From an uncultured bacterium (GTDB lineage Bacteria; Babelota; Babeliae; Babelales; Babelaceae): a stretch of 64,000 nucleotides of DNA. Below the pieces are notes generated by a model that saw only the letters and a list, made by a program, of their open reading frames with translations, did not search any database and was not told the DNA's origin. Numbering within the stretch: position 1 is the stretch's first letter; each line of letters begins with the position of its first letter. The stretch spans positions 153 to 64,152 of the forward strand of contig CAVXJI010000004.1 in the NCBI GenBank assembly GCA_963762095.1, written 5' to 3'. The translations under genes and the position numbers were made by a program. Shown one piece after another: positions 1 through 8,929 of the stretch.

Positions 1-452
1 AATAATTCAGCATTCTCTAAAATAATCATGCATTTTCGCTCAGTTGACCTGGCCCTTTCAATGAGGGCATCTGCTTGAGCCACTGCCTGAGATTCGCTTA
101 AATGATTTGGCCATTGGGTGTCAATGGGTACGAGAATAGCATCAAGCCTGCATTTCTGAGCAATTATGAAAGCCATTGCTTTCTTCCTATCTCCATCTCC
201 ATAGAGAACCATATTTGTCATAGCGATGCATTTGCCCGCACGCAAAAATGACTCATTCTTTTCAAAAACGCACTCGGCTATTGCACTAATTTTGGCCAAG
301 GCAGCGGCGGAAAATTCTCTTTTTGCCAAGTTAGCCAAGCGATCCACCTCGGGCAATGCTATCTGTTGCATAGCACAGAGTGACTGCGAAATGCCTAATA
401 AAAGAAACACAAGATATCGTTTTTGTCTTCCCCGCAGCATACTTTCTTCCAT
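1..452 (-). CDS. Secreted degenerate AAA+-like protein, paralog 0 (3' end runs off the window)
   Basis: My own minus-strand translation from the ATG at 452 gives MEESMLRGRQKRYLVFLLLGISQSLCAMQQ...MTNMVLYGDGDRKKAMAFIIAQKCRLDAILVPID...KCMIILENAELL. It has the same leader and the same LLYG / IIxN core as the two downstream paralogs. It is absent from the ORF track because it is open at the window edge. Confidence 0.55.
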   Translation of the reverse strand, partial: MEESMLRGRQKRYLVFLLLGISQSLCAMQQIALPEVDRLANLAKREFSAAALAKISAIAECVFEKNESFLRAGKCIAMTNMVLYGDGDRKKAMAFIIAQKCRLDAILVPIDTQWPNHLSESQAVAQADALIERARSTERKCMIILENAEL

Positions 453-465
453 TATAAGCTAATTC

Positions 466-1032
466 TTAAATTTCATATATCGTGAAACGTTTATTGAACA
501 ATTCATCAAGGTCATTGGCGCTTTTAATAAGAGCAACTACCAGTAGTTTCGAACTCGGCCGCTCGCTTCTCATCTGGATTTGTAAAGATAGTGCGTGCCA
601 AAGGGGTTCGGAGTTAATCGTTCTGTTAAGCCTTTCAAAGTTATCAAAAATAAGCATAGTTTTTTTCTCGACGGAATTTGCTTGGGCAAATAAGGCATTT
701 ACCCTTTCCACTGCTTCCTTCTGGGTTAGACTTTGAAAATCACCAAGTGCTACATATGTAACATCAAGGCCAGACTCACGTGCAATTTCATAAGCCGCCC
801 TCCTATTAACATGACTCAAACCACCATGAAGCAGTATATTGGTTAAAGGCGCATCAGTCTCAATTTCTTTTTTAAGATTCGCCATAATGAGCTTAATCGC
901 GGGAGATTCCAGATTTCGATAAAAAGGCAGCGACGCTCTATCAACCGTTGACGCTTGATCCATGGCACTCAATGCAGAGCAAGCCCCCACTACAATAACC
1001 AGAGAAATTTGTTTAATAGTATGCAGTATCAT
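466..1032 (-). CDS. Secreted degenerate AAA+-like protein, paralog 1
   Basis: Track ORF 466..1074. The ATG at 1032 (MILHTIKQISLVIVVGACSALSAM) follows AAGGAAAAAC and is conserved in paralog 2. The core LTNILLHGGLSHVNRRAAYEIARESGL...MLIFDNFERL resembles an AAA+ P-loop and Walker B, but GPPGTGKT and DE are lost. Confidence 0.65.
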   Translation of the reverse strand: MILHTIKQISLVIVVGACSALSAMDQASTVDRASLPFYRNLESPAIKLIMANLKKEIETDAPLTNILLHGGLSHVNRRAAYEIARESGLDVTYVALGDFQSLTQKEAVERVNALFAQANSVEKKTMLIFDNFERLNRTINSEPLWHALSLQIQMRSERPSSKLLVVALIKSANDLDELFNKRFTIYEI

Positions 1033-1142
1033 GTTTTTCCTTATATAGCATATCTTGTTTAGGGCTAGACCCATCTTAATATTTTATAATAGAATATATC
1101 AGAATGGGGTTTCTGTCAAACCCTGCCATTTATTGACTTGAT

Positions 1143-1232
1143 TCAAAAGAGGTTGCGGCCTTACCAAACCTCGCATAATGCTTTTCTGAACAATTCATTG
1201 AGCACTGACGCATCTTGCTGTATCCTGGGTTA
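1143..1232 (-). pseudogene. Duplicated 3'-terminal fragment of the nucleotidyltransferase gene (duplication scar)
   Basis: 1066..1232 aligns by eye with 1877..2042. The shared block gcttttctgaacaattcattgagcac and its flanks include the last ~30 codons of the 1953..2738 gene. Confidence 0.6.
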
Positions 1233-1248
1233 CAGAGCAATAACGCGC

Positions 1249-1839
1249 TCAAACGAGCTTTTGTTTACCAACTTCACAACAAACAAAGCGTGACACAAAG
1301 CGCTCATCAAAGAATTTAACAGCGCCATTTGCAAGCGCAACAATAATGTATTTTTTGTCCTTGTGCCCTGTACTTACAAGGAAGTTGTTCAGTAAGCGCT
1401 TCTGAACATTGAAGACTTCACATTGCTCTCTTTGCGCAAAAAGTTCAACATTCTCAATAATAATCATACTCCTCGATGGAGCTTGAAATACATCATTAAT
1501 CAACCCCAAGGATTGCTGTTCTATTTGACCGGGCGCTCTCTGTAGACAATTTGGAGTAATTTTTACATGAAAAACATGAAGATGCAGCGCCTGCGCAAAT
1601 CGCTTAAATTTCCATATAATGTTTTGTAGGTCTTCAGACTCAAAACCATAGAGCAACATATTGGTTAATGGCAAATTCTGCTCAATCTCTTTTTTAAGAT
1701 TGGCTACCACGTCACGCAGGGAAGTTTCGTTTTTATTGCTTTGTACCCCTAATGAGGCTTCTTGTTGCATGGCGCTCAATGCAGAACAAGCCCCCACCGT
1801 AATGATCAGAGAAATTTGTTTAATCATATGCAATATCAT
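1249..1839 (-). CDS. Secreted degenerate AAA+-like protein, paralog 2
   Basis: Track ORF 1249..1854. The conserved start MILHMIKQISLIITVGACSALSAMQQ is at 1839. The core reads LTNMLLYGFESEDLQ...SMIIIENVELF, with Walker A and B degenerate. Confidence 0.65.
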   Translation of the reverse strand: MILHMIKQISLIITVGACSALSAMQQEASLGVQSNKNETSLRDVVANLKKEIEQNLPLTNMLLYGFESEDLQNIIWKFKRFAQALHLHVFHVKITPNCLQRAPGQIEQQSLGLINDVFQAPSRSMIIIENVELFAQREQCEVFNVQKRLLNNFLVSTGHKDKKYIIVALANGAVKFFDERFVSRFVCCEVGKQKLV

Positions 1840-1952
1840 GTTTTTCCTTAGCAATAATCACGCTTTCCTTATGCACCGCCCATCTTTTATATTTTGTAAT
1901 AGAATATATTAGAGCGAGCTTTTTGTCAAGTTCTGCCATTTTTTGATTGGAC

Positions 1953-2738
1953 TCAAAAGGGGCTTTGGTCCGACCAGACTTCACTTAATGCTTTTCTGAA
2001 CAATTCATTGAGCACCAAAGTATCGGGCTGTATCTGGGGATTAAACGTCTTAAGATATTCCTTATAATAGAGTAACTTTTCCTCTATAAAGGCATCGATG
2101 ATCTTATTCTTTGGCTCCAGGTTCAATTCTTCTCCAGCTATTTTTCTGGCAAGCAGGAGCTCAATTTCCTTTTTCAATATTTCATTCACCACCTGGCTCT
2201 CTACCAATTTTGGAAATTCTATTGGGGCCATTGTCTGATTTTGTCTTATCCATTCACATGCAAGAAGGGGACGCAGCACATAAAAATATTTCTTTACCCT
2301 GACAAAGTCTCCCTGCAGATACTCCCGGTAATTTCCTTCAGCCATATGAAAATAATGATACAAACATGCTTTGGGATTAAAATAATTCGTGGTTAAATCT
2401 CGAAGTGCCGCAGCAATAGAAAACTGCTCTAAATATACAATGGAACTACTTAACCATTCAAGCAGGGCAGGGTTTGATTTTCTGAAAAGTCTTAACGCTT
2501 TTTTTAAGTCCCATCCTGCAAGGTCAATGTCATTTGCCAAAATCTCTTCTTGAGTATCACGCTGTTCATCTATTTGCAAGTACCATTCAGTGCGATGTAA
2601 ATAAATATACCGCACATCCCAGTCACTATCAGTAGATGCAAAGCCCCAAGCCCTACTGCCAGATTCCACGGCTAATAGAATTTTAATAGCATGCTGGCTT
2701 TCCAATCTTAATAACTCTTTTCTGATTTCGTCAGTCAT
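1953..2738 (-). CDS. Pol-beta superfamily nucleotidyltransferase (COG3541 / RlaP-like, PF10127-type)
   Basis: 261 aa. The motif GSRAWGFASTDSDWDVRYIY matches the GS...DxD minimal nucleotidyltransferase signature of this family. Confidence 0.7.
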   Translation of the reverse strand: MTDEIRKELLRLESQHAIKILLAVESGSRAWGFASTDSDWDVRYIYLHRTEWYLQIDEQRDTQEEILANDIDLAGWDLKKALRLFRKSNPALLEWLSSSIVYLEQFSIAAALRDLTTNYFNPKACLYHYFHMAEGNYREYLQGDFVRVKKYFYVLRPLLACEWIRQNQTMAPIEFPKLVESQVVNEILKKEIELLLARKIAGEELNLEPKNKIIDAFIEEKLLYYKEYLKTFNPQIQPDTLVLNELFRKALSEVWSDQSPF

Positions 2739-2829
2739 GGTGGTATCCCTTATTAGGCATCAAATTGTAGTCCCATCTTAATTATAGAGAAGATCTATAT
2801 ATTCTAATTTTAGAACATTTTGTAGGAAT

Positions 2830-3304
2830 AGCCATTGAGCGGTTCTATGCGATATTTAAAGCCAAGCAAACTCTGGCAATGCTCATTTGAATCGTAACGG
2901 GCACTCTAATGGGAAAATCTTGATTTTCGACCTCATATTTAATGCGATACCATGCCAATTAGGTACAAAATTTAAATATAGCGATGTAGAGGGCGGATTT
3001 CGAAAGCGCGAGCTGTCACCCGCGCTCGACTTATTGCAAACCGCCGGTCTTGCTCACAAGGTATATCGCTCGCATGCCAGGGTTTTCCTTTTGGCCCCAA
3101 ATCGACTCATTCGATTACAAAGTGCTTTTTCTTGATATTGGCCTCTCCCAGACCATCCTCAGCCCCCTTATGGAATTCGATTTTCAACACATAATTATTC
3201 TGAGCATGATAGAATTCGTTCCTATCCTCATCTATGCCATCATCAAAGCCACTACCTCACGAGATGATGCTGTAAGGAGCGCACTTGAATCACTAATAGC
3301 TTGA
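2830..3304 (+). pseudogene. Decayed AAA_14/DUF4143-family ATPase gene (C-terminal part only, frameshifted)
   Basis: Two overlapping frames (2887..3135 and 3050..3304) together read ...RELSPALDLLQTAGLAHKVYRSHA / ...QIDSFDYKVLFLDIGLSQTIL. This is typical of the DUF4143 C-terminal region. The N-terminal P-loop part is absent. Confidence 0.55.
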
Positions 3305-3432
3305 CACTTAATTGCATCTGTCGGTTCTAGGTTCAAACAAAATATCTCCAAAAAGTATTGCGTTTTGACCAGATCGCATTATATAATTACAAATAGAAAC
3401 AATTCAATAAATCTATATAAAAAGGAGTCATT

Positions 3433-3921
3433 ATGAATATTAAAAAAACTTTTCTAGTAAGTGCGATAAGCTTTTTGGGTGTATTTAGTAATATATCTGC
3501 GGCTCATAGGCTCATTGTTGATGTAAAAAATAACACTGGCAGTGATTATACGATTATCCCAACCAAGGGTGAAGCTGTCATACACGAAAAATCTTCTATC
3601 GTAAAAGCTGGTCAATCAAAAAGATTCGACCTCAATGAGTTAAGATGGTCCCCTGTAACAGGTGGTGAAAACGTGTCTTTATCTGTCAAAGATGATAAAA
3701 ACGAGAAGGTATTAAATGTCGAGATCCACAGAGTGTGGATTCCCACAACAAACTATGAAACTCTCTACGTTAGACTAAACAAAGGTGAAGGTCACTGGGA
3801 TTTTGATTCCTCAGCTGTTCGTGCTGATCGTCGAAAAGAAACAGATTTTTTAGTAAATCTCTATCTTAAAGGTGATACTCTTCAAGAAAGTGAAGCTGAC
3901 ATTACCGCTATTGAACGATAA
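3433..3921 (+). CDS. Secreted hypothetical protein
   Basis: 162 aa. AAAGGAG RBS upstream, and an N-terminal signal peptide (MNIKKTFLVSAISFLGVFSNISAA). No recognisable domain. Confidence 0.6.
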   Translation: MNIKKTFLVSAISFLGVFSNISAAHRLIVDVKNNTGSDYTIIPTKGEAVIHEKSSIVKAGQSKRFDLNELRWSPVTGGENVSLSVKDDKNEKVLNVEIHRVWIPTTNYETLYVRLNKGEGHWDFDSSAVRADRRKETDFLVNLYLKGDTLQESEADITAIER

Positions 3922-4153
3922 CTAGCGATTGAAAAAGAACTGATGCCCGATATAACATTAGTTCGATAAGTCGGTAATTTAAATCACAATGGGTCAAGCG
4001 CTCTGTTCAAATAGTGCTTGGCCCGTTTTAGCGACCCATTTGACCGTGGCAAAGAAACATCTCTCTACAAAAAATGAGTCATTTCTGATCTTGTTCCTAC
4101 CATAAATACTGCTATACTGTTGGGATAATTTCAAAATTTCGAAAGGCATTTCT

Positions 4154-4723
4154 ATGATGAAACAAATTACTCTTTTTAGTTCACTTATCATTGCAGCATG
4201 CCTTGTCTTTGCAACAGCACAAACCACGCAACAAAAAAAGAACACTAACCGAGAAACTTCCATGAATTATTCAATCGTCTCAAAACCCGCATTTGATGTT
4301 GTTGGCATTCAAATTAAAACTGATAATAGCAGAGGCGCTGCCGGATTCGCGCCCTTATGGCAAAGATTCTATGCAGAAAATATCCAGCAGCAAATTCCTC
4401 ACAAAATCGACGATGATGTAATTGCTGTCTACAGCGAGTACGAAGGTGATCACACTAAACCTTTTAGCTATTTCATTGGGTGCCGCGTCAGCAAAGTAGA
4501 CACATTGCCCGCATCTTTAATTGCCAAGCACATCCCAGCTGCACGGTACGCGTTATTTACCGCAAAAGGCGAAATGCCTCAGGCTGTTGGCACAACCTGG
4601 ATAGAAGGCATTTGGAAAAGCGATCTAAAAAGAGCTTGGAAGGCTGATTTCGAGGTCTATGGAGCTCGCTTCTTTGCTCGCGAAGGAAAAGACAAGGAAG
4701 TGGATATTTTTATTGGGATTTAA
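4154..4723 (+). CDS. GyrI-like / AraC effector-binding-domain small-molecule-binding protein with N-terminal leader
   Basis: 189 aa. FDVVGIQIKTDN...APLWQRFYAE...VIAVYSEYEGDHTKPFSYFIGCRV...FEVYG matches the GyrI-like fold pattern. Confidence 0.65.
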   Translation: MMKQITLFSSLIIAACLVFATAQTTQQKKNTNRETSMNYSIVSKPAFDVVGIQIKTDNSRGAAGFAPLWQRFYAENIQQQIPHKIDDDVIAVYSEYEGDHTKPFSYFIGCRVSKVDTLPASLIAKHIPAARYALFTAKGEMPQAVGTTWIEGIWKSDLKRAWKADFEVYGARFFAREGKDKEVDIFIGI

Positions 4724-4815
4724 GATCCCCTCGACGACGATATTTCAAGAGATAGGTTTTCATTGACTTATAGATTGTGATAACTTACGGAATTGCGTCG
4801 ATTGTGATGGTATAT

Positions 4816-5391
4816 TCAGCCAAGTCGGCCTCTCATGATCGATGCAAGTTCTTCGATTGCCACCGCTAAATCTTCGTTAACTATAACATGGTGATAGAAG
4901 CCATTTTGCTCTTCACTTTCCATCTCTTTCTCTGCCAACGCAAGACGGTAGGCAATTGTTTCTTCACTATCCTGCGCTCGAGTAGCCAGCCGAACCTGAA
5001 GGCTCTCTCTGGTTGGTGGTTTTATCCAGATAAGTACCACATCAGGCTTATGGGCCTTGAGCGCTTCCGCCCCTGCTCTATCTAAAACAGCGATATAATG
5101 CATCCCCTTCTCTACCTCAGCAACTACAGAATGCGGAAATCCGTAATAGGCGCCGTATGCCGTGCTATACTCAATAAAAAAGCCTTGTCCAATCTTCTCT
5201 TTAAACTCAGATTCCGTAATGAAATGATAATCTATTCCCTGAGTCTCACTCGATCGGGGCTTTTTAGTGGTATACGTTATAGCACGATTCACTTGATAAG
5301 TATCTCGCAGATGCTCGATAACCCGGTGAACAAGCGTAGTCTTGCCCGCTCCAGAAGGAGCTGAAATGACAAATAATTTTCCTTTATTCAT
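4816..5391 (-). CDS. gmk: Guanylate kinase
   Basis: 191 aa. P-loop VISAPSGAGKTTLV, then TTKKPRSSETQGIDYHF and the family's typical length. Confidence 0.9.
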   Translation of the reverse strand: MNKGKLFVISAPSGAGKTTLVHRVIEHLRDTYQVNRAITYTTKKPRSSETQGIDYHFITESEFKEKIGQGFFIEYSTAYGAYYGFPHSVVAEVEKGMHYIAVLDRAGAEALKAHKPDVVLIWIKPPTRESLQVRLATRAQDSEETIAYRLALAEKEMESEEQNGFYHHVIVNEDLAVAIEELASIMRGRLG

Positions 5392-5995
5392 ACACGACTT
5401 CCTATTCTTATTATGATATTATTTAGTATATCACATTTTTCAGATATGAATCTTAAACTGCGCCGGTTCATGCTGGTTCATGGCATGGTTGCACCTGTCT
5501 TTTCCTCAATTTTGTCTCAAAGAGACAGGGCCATCGGAAACTTAGGCCAGCTCTTCCCCAAAAAAAGTCGGCCGACTCAGGGGTATATTATTGCATTCAT
5601 TGATTTTTATAAGAATTTATACAACAATGACCCAAAGGTAATATTTTTTCTGACCTTTTAGGTCATCATAAAATGAGCACAATAGAATATGCTTTTTTTG
5701 TGTGGTGTTGCAAAGCAACACAATTTACCGAGCATGGGCTTATTTAAATAGGTACCGTCCAAAAGCGGATATTTTCGCAGAATTTATATATGCCCAGCCA
5801 AAACTATTGCAATTTGAGTAGAGGTTTAGTTACAATTAATCTATAATGACCTCGAAAAACTATTACATTTGACTTTCAGGGTTTTGCAAAACTCGACAAA
5901 GAGCAATTTTTCTTAATCTATATAAAGATTAGCCTGATACCTAAAGGTGGATAAGTAAATAAACTATTAACAAAGATAAAGAAAGGAAAAAACAA

Positions 5996-6550
5996 ATGAA
6001 AACTAAATTATGTGCAACCCTTGTCCTTTTAACAGGAATAAATGTTTTGCAGGCTATGGAGTCATCAAAAGTAGCATCCGCTCAAAAAGAAAAATCAACT
6101 GAACTGCAGGCACAGCGGTTATTGCAAGAATTCGCAGGTGAGTATAGGAAACTACTTGATGAATATCCAACAGGCGAACGTAATATTGTCGGCCCACTTG
6201 GCGATTGGTCAAAGAAGGTCGATAATCTATCTAAAACTTATTTGGAAAAATTGAAAGATATTGATCCAAAAGCAGCAGAGAACATTACAAAACTTGCTTC
6301 CCCATGGTCATGGCGTGCTAAGGCTACTCCAGAGGAGCGAAGTAAGGGTCTCCTTGAGTATTTGAAGTTGTATCAAGTTCAGTGGAAGGATTTTCATAAA
6401 CAGGAATTTGTAAATGAGAATTCTAAAGAGTATTTCAGAAATAACTTAATTCGCAGGCTTGCTGACCTGACCGGTCTTAAAATAGCTGAAGATCTCTCAA
6501 AGATGACTGACGAACAGCTTAAACAGCTTGCTGACTCATTTCTGGCTTAA
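5996..6550 (+). CDS. Secreted hypothetical protein
   Basis: 184 aa. RBS GAAAGGAAAA, and a leader ending LQAMESS. Confidence 0.6.
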   Translation: MKTKLCATLVLLTGINVLQAMESSKVASAQKEKSTELQAQRLLQEFAGEYRKLLDEYPTGERNIVGPLGDWSKKVDNLSKTYLEKLKDIDPKAAENITKLASPWSWRAKATPEERSKGLLEYLKLYQVQWKDFHKQEFVNENSKEYFRNNLIRRLADLTGLKIAEDLSKMTDEQLKQLADSFLA

Positions 6551-6557
6551 AATAGTT

Positions 6558-6586
6558 GCCAGCAGCCCGACTAACAGGCTGCTGGC
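6558..6586 (+). terminator. Stem-loop after the 5996..6550 gene
   Basis: Perfect 10-bp stem gccagcagcc / ggctgctggc with a 9-nt loop. There is no clear T-tract. Confidence 0.4.
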
Positions 6587-6788
6587 ATCATAAGCTCTCT
6601 TTAATCAAGCCAATCTTTATTGTTCGGTATCTTTCCGTAAGCCAAATCAAGCTATCCTATCCATATTTCAAAACGTTTCTATCGAGGCAGCCATTTTCAT
6701 AGCCCCTCATAATGAATTTCAAACCCTTTATTTGTCATTTTCAGATAGAATATAATAATAGAGGGGCAGGTAGATTCTAGGGGGAATT

Positions 6789-7127
6789 ATGGTAATATTA
6801 AGAATAGCTCGCACACTCAGCTTAGTACTTTTGCTTACTCATGGAGCCATGAGCATGCCTGTCTGTGCCGATTATAAAATATACGAAGCAATCTTGCTCG
6901 ATTGTGCGCATAAAGTACAAGACATAAAAAACAAGCTTGCTCAATTGGATCATCTTATTTCAAAAGCCAGTTTTCATCCCTTTGCAAGCAGAGAGCCTCT
7001 CCAAGACCGTATACATCTTGAGAAAGAATTGCGAACGGCATTAGAAGCCTTGGCAAAAGCCAAAGCACGTGTAGAACAATGCGGCACTCAAAAAAGCACC
7101 GCCAAGAAGGAGTCTCATGCCTCCTAA
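6789..7127 (+). CDS. Secreted coiled-coil hypothetical protein
   Basis: 112 aa. GGGGGAA RBS, a hydrophobic leader and a helical, charged body. Confidence 0.5.
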   Translation: MVILRIARTLSLVLLLTHGAMSMPVCADYKIYEAILLDCAHKVQDIKNKLAQLDHLISKASFHPFASREPLQDRIHLEKELRTALEALAKAKARVEQCGTQKSTAKKESHAS

Positions 7128-7905
7128 AGATCCCGTCATACACAATATTATCTGGGACCTCAGTGGCACTCTGTTTCGACCAACAAGCTGGGGGCTTTCC
7201 GAGCAGCAGATAGCTGATTTATCTCTTGTTTTTTACATGTGGTCGGGAAAAAACAAGCTTTCCAAGCTCGATGCATACGCTTTACAGCTCCTCAATCTTG
7301 CTGAAGAACCTCTTCCCGACTATCAAGTAATTAGACTCCATACCGGAGATCCTGTTCCTGCCGTTGTTTGTTCACTTCTTGCGGGCTTAATAGACTCACA
7401 GGAGGCTTATCGTAAAGTTATGATAGCCGCCGAAAAAGCAGGTCATGATTCTCTGTCACCCGAAGAGCTCATACAAGTGTATCGGATGCTTAAAGCATTC
7501 TTTGATCCTTCCTCTTTAACTCTGTGTATGCAACCCATAGAAGAACATGAAAAGCTTGTTGCGCGGTGCTCTAAAAACCCGGATAACACTCTTTTTGTCC
7601 TTTCCAATTGGGACCGAGAATCATTTGATCAATTCTTTAAAACGCGCAGCGCCTACAATGGCCTTAACCATTTCAAGCGAGAAAATATTATGATCTCAGC
7701 CGATGTTGGTTACATTAAACCCCAGCCCGAGATTTTTGAATCTTTTCTTTCAAAATACAGCCTCGATCCAAGAAGCTGTTTTTTTATTGATGACCAAGAG
7801 GAAAATATTGCCGGTGCGCAGACGTTTGGCATCAGAGGAATGCAGTGTAAAGTAAATAATGGCAACAAACTTTTGCATACCCTTGAAGATTTGCATATCA
7901 TCTAA
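7117..7905 (+). CDS. HAD-superfamily hydrolase-like protein
   Basis: 262 aa. Motif I variant IIWDLSGTLF (DxS instead of DxD), motif II VLSNWD, motif III IKPQPEIF, motif IV FFIDDQEENI. The start overlaps the upstream gene by 11 nt and has an AGGAG RBS. Confidence 0.7.
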   Translation: MPPKDPVIHNIIWDLSGTLFRPTSWGLSEQQIADLSLVFYMWSGKNKLSKLDAYALQLLNLAEEPLPDYQVIRLHTGDPVPAVVCSLLAGLIDSQEAYRKVMIAAEKAGHDSLSPEELIQVYRMLKAFFDPSSLTLCMQPIEEHEKLVARCSKNPDNTLFVLSNWDRESFDQFFKTRSAYNGLNHFKRENIMISADVGYIKPQPEIFESFLSKYSLDPRSCFFIDDQEENIAGAQTFGIRGMQCKVNNGNKLLHTLEDLHII

Positions 7906-7988
7906 CACAGATATTCTTGACTTATAAATTTACTATTTGCAATAATTATAATTGTAGATAGAATTCATGTTCAACTAAAAGGAATCCT

Positions 7989-8549
7989 ATGAAAAGAATC
8001 GTATCATTAACCTTGCTCCTCTGTGCCGGTCAATCACTTTTAGCTACAATTGTTGATGCGGGATTAGATGTATTTAAAGAAACCCAAGTGTATGGCAAAA
8101 ATTCTCCTATCGGTCTTGAAATCATCAATAAAAATAAAGCGCCCTTCTGGTTTGCTCTGAAGAATGGCCCCGATATCTATTCAAGGCTCGGCAAAACTGC
8201 ATTCAAACTCGAGGGAGAAAAATTTCTGCAGAGAAGTGAAGCTCGATATAATTTAGATATCGACGAGCCAACTTTTATAGCAGTATGGAATAACGACCCG
8301 GGAAAGGTTGAATTTAAAAAAACAGCAGTCTTCGGTTTAATGGGTGCGAAGGCATTTTTTCCTCAACCAGATGAATTGTATACGTTTACAGAAGGGAAAA
8401 CTATCTATCTAACTAGAACGCCTAAAGGTGACTTCAAACCCGAAACAGGGCCTCTTAAAGGATTACTGGGCACAACTGATTCCAAGCTTAGTTTGAAAAA
8501 TAATGTCCAAGAAAAAGACATAAAAAAGCTACCAGTAAGCCCTAAATAA
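7989..8549 (+). CDS. Secreted hypothetical protein
   Basis: 186 aa. AAAGGAA RBS and signal peptide MKRIVSLTLLLCAGQSLLA. Confidence 0.6.
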   Translation: MKRIVSLTLLLCAGQSLLATIVDAGLDVFKETQVYGKNSPIGLEIINKNKAPFWFALKNGPDIYSRLGKTAFKLEGEKFLQRSEARYNLDIDEPTFIAVWNNDPGKVEFKKTAVFGLMGAKAFFPQPDELYTFTEGKTIYLTRTPKGDFKPETGPLKGLLGTTDSKLSLKNNVQEKDIKKLPVSPK

Positions 8550-8619
8550 AAAATATATCCTCGTGCGGAGATCGTTATAGAGAAAATCTTAGTTAACAAT
8601 AATAAAAAGGAGAACTAGT

Positions 8620-8853
8620 ATGAAGAAATTGTCTCTACTTTTAACAAGTATAACAATCCTATCTGTAGCCGGCCTGTCAGCCATGCAAACAAGTGAAGCT
8701 GAATGGCACAGACAAATGATGGAAAGCAAAGAAGCTGCAAAAAGAAAAGCCGAACGAGAAGAAGCTGAAAGAAAAGAATCAGCGGCTCGCCAGAAAGCCT
8801 TTTATGAAAAGGCGCAAAAGGATTATGAAAAAACAGGCGCCGTACAATGGTAA
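8620..8853 (+). CDS. Small secreted charged (E/K/A-rich) protein
   Basis: 77 aa. AAAGGAGAA RBS and a leader ending GLSAMQTSE. Confidence 0.5.
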   Translation: MKKLSLLLTSITILSVAGLSAMQTSEAEWHRQMMESKEAAKRKAEREEAERKESAARQKAFYEKAQKDYEKTGAVQW

Positions 8854-8866
8854 AATAGTAATAGAA

Positions 8867-8897
8867 AGAGCTTGCAGGTAGTTCATTTGCAAGCTCT
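8867..8897. terminator. Bidirectional stem-loop between convergent genes
   Basis: agagcttgca / tgcaagctct forms a 10-bp stem between the 8853 (+) and 8930 (-) gene ends. Confidence 0.5.
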
Positions 8898-8929
8898 CTC
8901 ATATCCTGTCAAAATTACTCATCGGCTCT

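Noticed and set aside
226-462. 78-aa plus-strand ORF at the left edge
   Set aside because: It is antisense to a much better supported minus-strand gene (paralog 0 of the AAA-like family). It has no RBS and no recognisable motif.
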